Source of the DNA: Octopus vulgaris
Taxonomy: Eukaryota
DNA: 64,000 nt
Direction of reading: 5' to 3'
NCBI GenBank assembly: GCA_951406725.2
Contig: OX597831.1
Coordinates: 49,538,001 to 49,602,000, forward strand
Part shown: positions 58,237 through 64,000 of the stretch, in pieces
Layout: each line of letters starts with the position of its first letter
Numbering within the stretch: the first letter of the stretch is position 1
Position numbers and translations under genes: made by a program
The notes under the pieces: generated by a model
Told to the model about the DNA's origin: nothing
Seen by the model: the letters and a program-made list of their open reading frames with translations, nothing else
The model's database searches: none

Positions 58237-58544
58237 TAAATATATATTTCTTATATTCTTTATTTAATTCATGAAAGAGTCAATCATAAAAGACAATCAT
58301 AGTTATTAGAATATGAAACAGTAAGATAATTAGTAAAGTAATTATATTTGTATTTAGTTATTGATTTATAGTTTATTGTATATAACATTATATATTTAAG
58401 TGTGTGTGGAAGGGGACATTTATATGCATATGGGCTTACGTTACACGCATTTAAGATTAGTACGTAGATATATTAAGTGTATTACGCCATTAATGTTATC
58501 AATAGATTTATAATATTTGCATCTAAAATAAGATCTATTGTCTG

Positions 58545-58910
58545 AGTGGTAAATAGTTGCTTACCAACCACATGGTTCCGGGTTTAGTCACACTGCGTGG
58601 CACCTTGGGCAAATGCCTTCTACTATAGCCTCGGGCCGACCAAAGCCTTGTGAGTAGATTTGGTAGACGGAAACTGAAAAGAAGCTCGTCGTATATATGT
58701 ATATATATATGTGTGTGTGTGTGTGTGTGCTTGTGTGTCTGTGTTTGTCCCCCCAACATCGTTTGACAAACGATGCTGGTGTGTTTACGTCCCCGTAACT
58801 TAGCGGTTCGGCAAAAGAGACCAATAGAATAAGTACTAGGCTTACAAAGAATAAGTCCTGGTGTCGATTTGCTCGACTAAAAGCGGTAAAATTTGTAAAA
58901 GAGTAAAGAG
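58545..58910 (+). mobile_element. SINE family A with partly deleted tail
   Basis: Family head, core and body present. The GCTCCAGCATGGCC segment is missing. Confidence 0.88.
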
Positions 58911-58984
58911 TATTATATTATATAATATATAGTATGTATTATTTATATTCATATTATTTTTACTTTATGTTTGGTTTGAAAATT

Positions 58985-59800
58985 AAGTTATACCAATTAT
59001 ATTATGCTTATATCATTAATGTTTGGCTTTATTTTTATTTATCAAATTTTATTAAATTTTCTAAAATATACTTAGGATAATTCTAACAAGTTCAAATATT
59101 CACTCTTCCTGTGTTAATTAATTTGCGTTTAGATATTATATATTTTAGGCTTATCATATATTATGCCTATATTTCTAATGTTCAGTTTTGTTATTTATTA
59201 TTTATTTATTGATTAAATTTTCTAAAAGTATACTTCGAGTGGTGACTAATATATTCTCTTTCTTAGAGTTAATCAATCTATATTTGGATTTTATTATCTG
59301 AAAAATTTTTTCTGTATATAATTGACATTTCCTATCTGAAATTTGATGAGCTCTGGCATAGCTTGCAAACTCGCATTTAATCTTATAATTTTTCCCATTA
59401 TCTTTTAACATTCATATAAATTTGCTGAGACTAGTATTGTTGATTTTATGCTTATTTCTAAAACAACTGTCATGGTTCGCAGTTCTTCGTTTAAATTGAG
59501 TTTCGGTTGAACTTATGGAATGGTATTGCTTCCCTTCAGATTCAACTACACACCTATATACCAGATTATCTTGTTTACAATTATTATTAAGTTTACAATT
59601 TTCTTTAGTCCTCAAATTGCAATTTCTATTAACATCATTATTCATACAATTCTTACGTTTATTATTTCTATTCTTTTCATTCTGATCATAAATATTATTA
59701 TTATCATTATTATTCATATTATTGGGGTTAGAAAGGGAGTAAATACGGGTTATTCCCCTTCTATTATTATAAATTGCCTTAACTTCATTTTTATTTAAAT
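58985..59800 (-). mobile_element. Penelope-like GIY-YIG endonuclease pseudogene with partial tandem 3' duplication
   Basis: CNLRTKENCKLNNNC..NLVYRCVV..TETQFKRRTANH..F..TSLSKFI*MLK..CQLYTEK..LINSKKE matches the PLE endonuclease pattern. The 3' part is repeated at about 59005-59145. Confidence 0.82.
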
Positions 59801-59877
59801 TTGATTGTTATAAAAATTATCTAATTTCTCTATATATATACGTATGAAATCTCCCCCCTCTCTCTATCTATCTATAC

Positions 59878-59947
<70 letters not shown>

Positions 59948-60195
59948 GGGCGCTGTAAGGTTAGAATTTTGAACCCCAATGACTCGTTCTGTGTTCAGTA
60001 CCATGCAGTGGCCATCTTGGGCGAGTGTCTTCTATTATAGTCTTGGGCCGCGCGAACTCATGAGAGTGGACTAGATAGACAGACACTGAGAAGAAATCCT
60101 TCATGGGACTGTCACATTAAGTTGACAGTATACAAATGCTCTATCGTACCACCACTGCTTATATCTCTTTGAGATATTTAGAAATGTAATATTTC

Positions 60196-60251
<56 letters not shown>

Positions 60252-60309
60252 GTTTAAATATTTGTTGTGCAAGATTTTTTATGTGAAGTCGTGTGTTGAA
60301 ACAGATATT

Positions 60310-60553
60310 GTTATATTTCGGAATGGTCATTTTGTCAGTTTAGCCAATAAAAACACACGCACTATATATAAAGAAGAAAGAAGAAAACAAAGGACCACTG
60401 ATGCGGTCACAGGAGTGTGACGAAAGAACTCTGGCCGAAATAAGATTAAAAATAAATAAATAAATAAATAACACTGAAGCAAAATAACACCAAATATATA
60501 GTGCGCGTGTTTTTATTGGCTAAACTGGCAAAATGACCATTCCGAAATATAAC
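60310..60553. mobile_element. 60-bp inverted repeats enclosing a hammerhead-like motif, inside (TA)n
   Basis: Arms 60310-60369 and 60494-60553. Spacer has GACCA-CTGATGC-G-GTCAC(AGGAGT)GTGAC-GAAA-GAAC-TC-TGGCC at 60393-60436. Confidence 0.75.
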
Positions 60554-61504
60554 TATATATATATATATATATATGAACAAATTACAAACGATGGATTGTG
60601 GTTCTCTTATTCGGAACTTGAAGTTATCGTGGATCTGGAGTCTATTGAGTGCGGTACCATTGGTACAGTGTTTGTACCTAGGTACAACCTTGTGTCTTGT
60701 GGTAAATTCGGTTGTCCGTTTTTGATTGTACATGCAACTGAAATATAAACCCATGCTTGCATCAATAGGTACGTCTATATTGCCCTAATTTAGCTTTTTA
60801 TGCGGTAGCTATTTCACTGACCCGACCTCGGTGCTTTGCTATCTGGAAACTTTATTTACTTGAATCGAAGTTCATTTCGAAATGTTTGGGGAACAACAAA
60901 CCCACTACTTTTTTCCTGATTGATTCCGCTCAATTAAGTAGATGTCATTGAAAGACATTTTTCATGACAACAGGATTTAAAATGGAAAAGACGTTGTTCA
61001 GGAGGATAGCGAGGGAGATTTGCTGGAATAGCCTCCTCGAATCACGGGGATCACACTGGCGCATAGCCATCTCAGCCCCGATAGCGGCGAGCAGGGATAT
61101 GGTCGGGAGGAGGGGAAAAGAATGCTGAAGGTCTCAACTGCTACAGGCTCGACCATAAACCTGCCGGAAAGTGACCGATAGCTTGTGAGTTTGTTTTTCT
61201 CAGCCTGATGAGTAGGGGAGCCTGAGATGTTAGCTAACAACATCGAGTTGCCGCTGGAGAAGGTGTCACAGTATTTGGCATCCCAGATGAAGGGCCTACC
61301 GGTACGGAACCTGAAAATTGTCCCTCCATCATATCGACATTACTTGTACAGACGCACGACGTGCCGCATGCGAGATGACGAAATGATCGCAGAGCAACGT
61401 GGAATTTTCTTTTCTTTTTGTTCTTAAATCCGCCGTTCGTTACCGATTTGTCTATACAAAAATACATACATATATGCGCACCTGTGTGTATGTGTGTGTG
61501 TGTT

Positions 61505-62990
61505 GTGTATCTTTGTGCGTATATCTTTCTCTGTGTGTGTTTGTGGTGTGTGTATATCTTTGTGTGTATATCTTGTGTATATTTTTGTGTGTACATCTAT
61601 ATGTGTGTATATATTTTTGTGTGTACATCTATGTGTGTGTATATATTTTTGTGTGTATATCTTTGTGTGTATGTCTTTGTGTAGATCTTTGTATGTATAG
61701 CTTTGTGTATATCTTTGTGTGGATATCTTGTGTACATCTTTGTGTATATATCAATGTGTGTGTATATATCTTTGTATGTATATCTTTGTGTGTGTATATC
61801 TTTGTGCGTATATCTTTGTGTATATCTTTGTGTGTATATCTTTGTGTGTATATACTTGTGTGTATATCTTTGTGTGTGTATATCTTTGTTTGTATATCTT
61901 TGTGTATATCTTTGTGTGTATATCTTTGTGTGTATATCTTTGTGTGTGTATATCTTTGTGTGTATATATTTGTGTATATCTTTGTGTATATATCTTTGTG
62001 TGTATATCTTTGTGTGTATATCTTTGCGTGTATATCTTTGTGTGTATATCTTTGTGTGTATATATCTTTGTGTGTATATATTTGTGTGTGTATACCTTTG
62101 TGTGTATATTGTTGTGTATATCTTTGTGTGTATATCTTTGTGTGTATATCTTTGTGTGTGTATATCTTTGTGTGTATATATTTGTGTATATCTTTGTGTA
62201 TATATCTTTGTGTGTATATCTTTGTGTGTGTATATATTTGTGCGTATATCTTTGTGTGTGTATATCTTTGTGTGTATATCTTTGTGTATATCTTTGTGTT
62301 CATATTTTTGTGTGTATATCTTTGTGTGTGTATATCTTTGTGTGTATATCTTTGTGTATATATCTTTGTGTGTATATCTTTGTGTGTATATCTTTGTGTG
62401 TGTATATCTTTGTGTGTATATCTTTGTGTGTGTATATCTTTGTGTGTATATCTTTGTGTATATCTTTGTGTGTATATCTTTGTGTGTGTATATCTTTGTG
62501 TGTATATCTTTGTGTGTATATATTTGTGTGTGCATATCTTTGTGTGTATATATTTGTGTGTATATCTTTATGTGTGTATATCTTTGTGTGTGTATATCTT
62601 TGTGTGTGTATATCTTTGTGTGTATATCTTTGTGTATATCTTTGTGTGTATATCTTTGTGTGTATATATTTGTGTGTGTATATCTTTGTGTGTGTATATC
62701 TTTGTGTGTATATCTTTGTGTGTGTATATCTTTGTGTGTGTATATCTTTGTGTGTATATATCTTTGTGTGTGTATATCTTTGTGTGTATATCTTTGTGTG
62801 TGTATATCTTTGTGTGTGTATATCTTTGTGTGTGTATATCTTTGTGTATATCTTTGTGTGTATATCTTTGTGTGTATATATTTGTGTGTGTATATCTTTG
62901 TGTGTGTATATGTTTGTGTGTATATCTTTGTGTGTGTATATGTTTGTGTGTATATCTTTGTGTGTGTATATGTTTGTGTGTATATCTTTG
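61505..62990. repeat. About 1.5-kb minisatellite, unit TATATCTTTG(TG)1-3
   Basis: Direct reading. Unit length varies in 2-bp steps (about 12-16 bp). Confidence 0.98.
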
Positions 62991-63180
62991 TCCCCACCAC
63001 TATTTCATCACCAGTGTTGGTTTCTTTACGTGCATGCAACTTACTTGTTGGGCGGAAGACAGAGATACAATAAATGCCAGAACTAGTAAATAAGTCCTAT
63101 GGTCGATTCGTTCGACAAAATCCTTCATAGAAGTGCTCCATTATGGCCGCGGTCCAATGAGTGAAAAGACATAAATAAAG
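62985..63180 (+). mobile_element. Diverged 3' half of SINE family A
   Basis: TTTGTCCCCACCAC...AATAAGTCCT..GTGCTCCATTATGGCCGCGGTCCAATGA.TGAAA. Confidence 0.8.
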
Positions 63181-63509
63181 ACACTTTTTATAAATAAACA
63201 AAATAATTACCCCACAGAATTCAGATGTCAGTCAGAAATCCTACCCAAGATGTTTAAGTTGCTTTGACCAAATGAGCTACCAGAAACATTACATTAGCGC
63301 GTAAGTGGCAACGTATTCCATAAATGCGTGTAGTCTTCACGTAATCTTCGAGAAGAATCAGTGTGTTGCATTCTGCGCGCGCGCGTATGTGTGTGTGATA
63401 AAGTTGGATCTTTGAATTACACGCATAATCCATCCGGCAAGATTCCACATATTATCTTCGTCTACCCAGTTAAACGTAGTCATCTTCTTAGCTAGATGTA
63501 TGCAGTGCA

Positions 63510-63648
63510 GAGAGTGAGAGAGAGGGAGAAAGATGGAGAGAGGGAGGGAGAGAAAGAGAAGGAGAGAGAGAGGGAGAGATAGAGAGAAGGAGAGAGAGAA
63601 AGAGAGAGAGAGAAAAAGAGAGAGATTGAAAGAATGAGAGAGAGAAAA

Positions 63649-63679
<31 letters not shown>

Positions 63680-63745
63680 TAGAGAAGGGGAGAGAGCGAG
63701 AGAGAAGGAGAGAGACAGACAGATAGAGGGGGAGAAAAAGAAAAA
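63510..63745. repeat. Degenerate (GA)n polypurine tract
   Basis: Direct reading. Confidence 0.95.
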
Positions 63746-64000
63746 GTTTTAGAAAGAGGAGAGTGATTTTTGTAATGGGCTGCTACATTATTTATCGGAC
63801 CCCAAAAAAAGAAAGATCGGGGAAATCAAAGTTGATCTTGGATCTATTTGAACCCTGAACAGAAAGTGGAAGAAGTGGGTATGCATTTCATTTGCTTATA
63901 TCCGATACTTTAGCAATTCTGCAGAGTCACATTATATTTCTAGCACACATGTAATTCTTGTGGTTGATTGGTTCGATTATCCGCTGTCCATTCACTGAAA

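Noticed and set aside
61399-63093. ORFs of 455-564 aa on both strands
   Set aside because: They are translations of the minisatellite, with no protein complexity.

Overview
AT-rich, gene-poor eukaryotic DNA dominated by microsatellites and transposable elements. The repeat repertoire looks like a coleoid cephalopod, probably Octopus (inference only, no search run). No intact host gene can be supported, and almost all long ORFs in the track are translated microsatellites. The window holds three tRNA-headed SINE families, two identical-length deleted mariner copies, LINE (CR1/L2-like, RTE-like, Jockey/I-like) remnants, Penelope-like RT and GIY-YIG remnants, Helitron-like and MITE-like elements, and very decayed Gypsy-like and Polinton-like coding relics. 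The most striking signal is a dispersed set of about a dozen minimal type-I hammerhead ribozyme motifs (CUGANGA...GAAA with tiny palindromic stem III). Several lie downstream of Penelope ORF remnants or inside inverted repeats inserted in (TA)n. Also notable: a SINE sharing its 3' tail with a LINE in the same window, a SINE that moves as 184-bp multimers with a 16-bp TSD, and a 1.5-kb minisatellite grown from a SINE's internal repeat.
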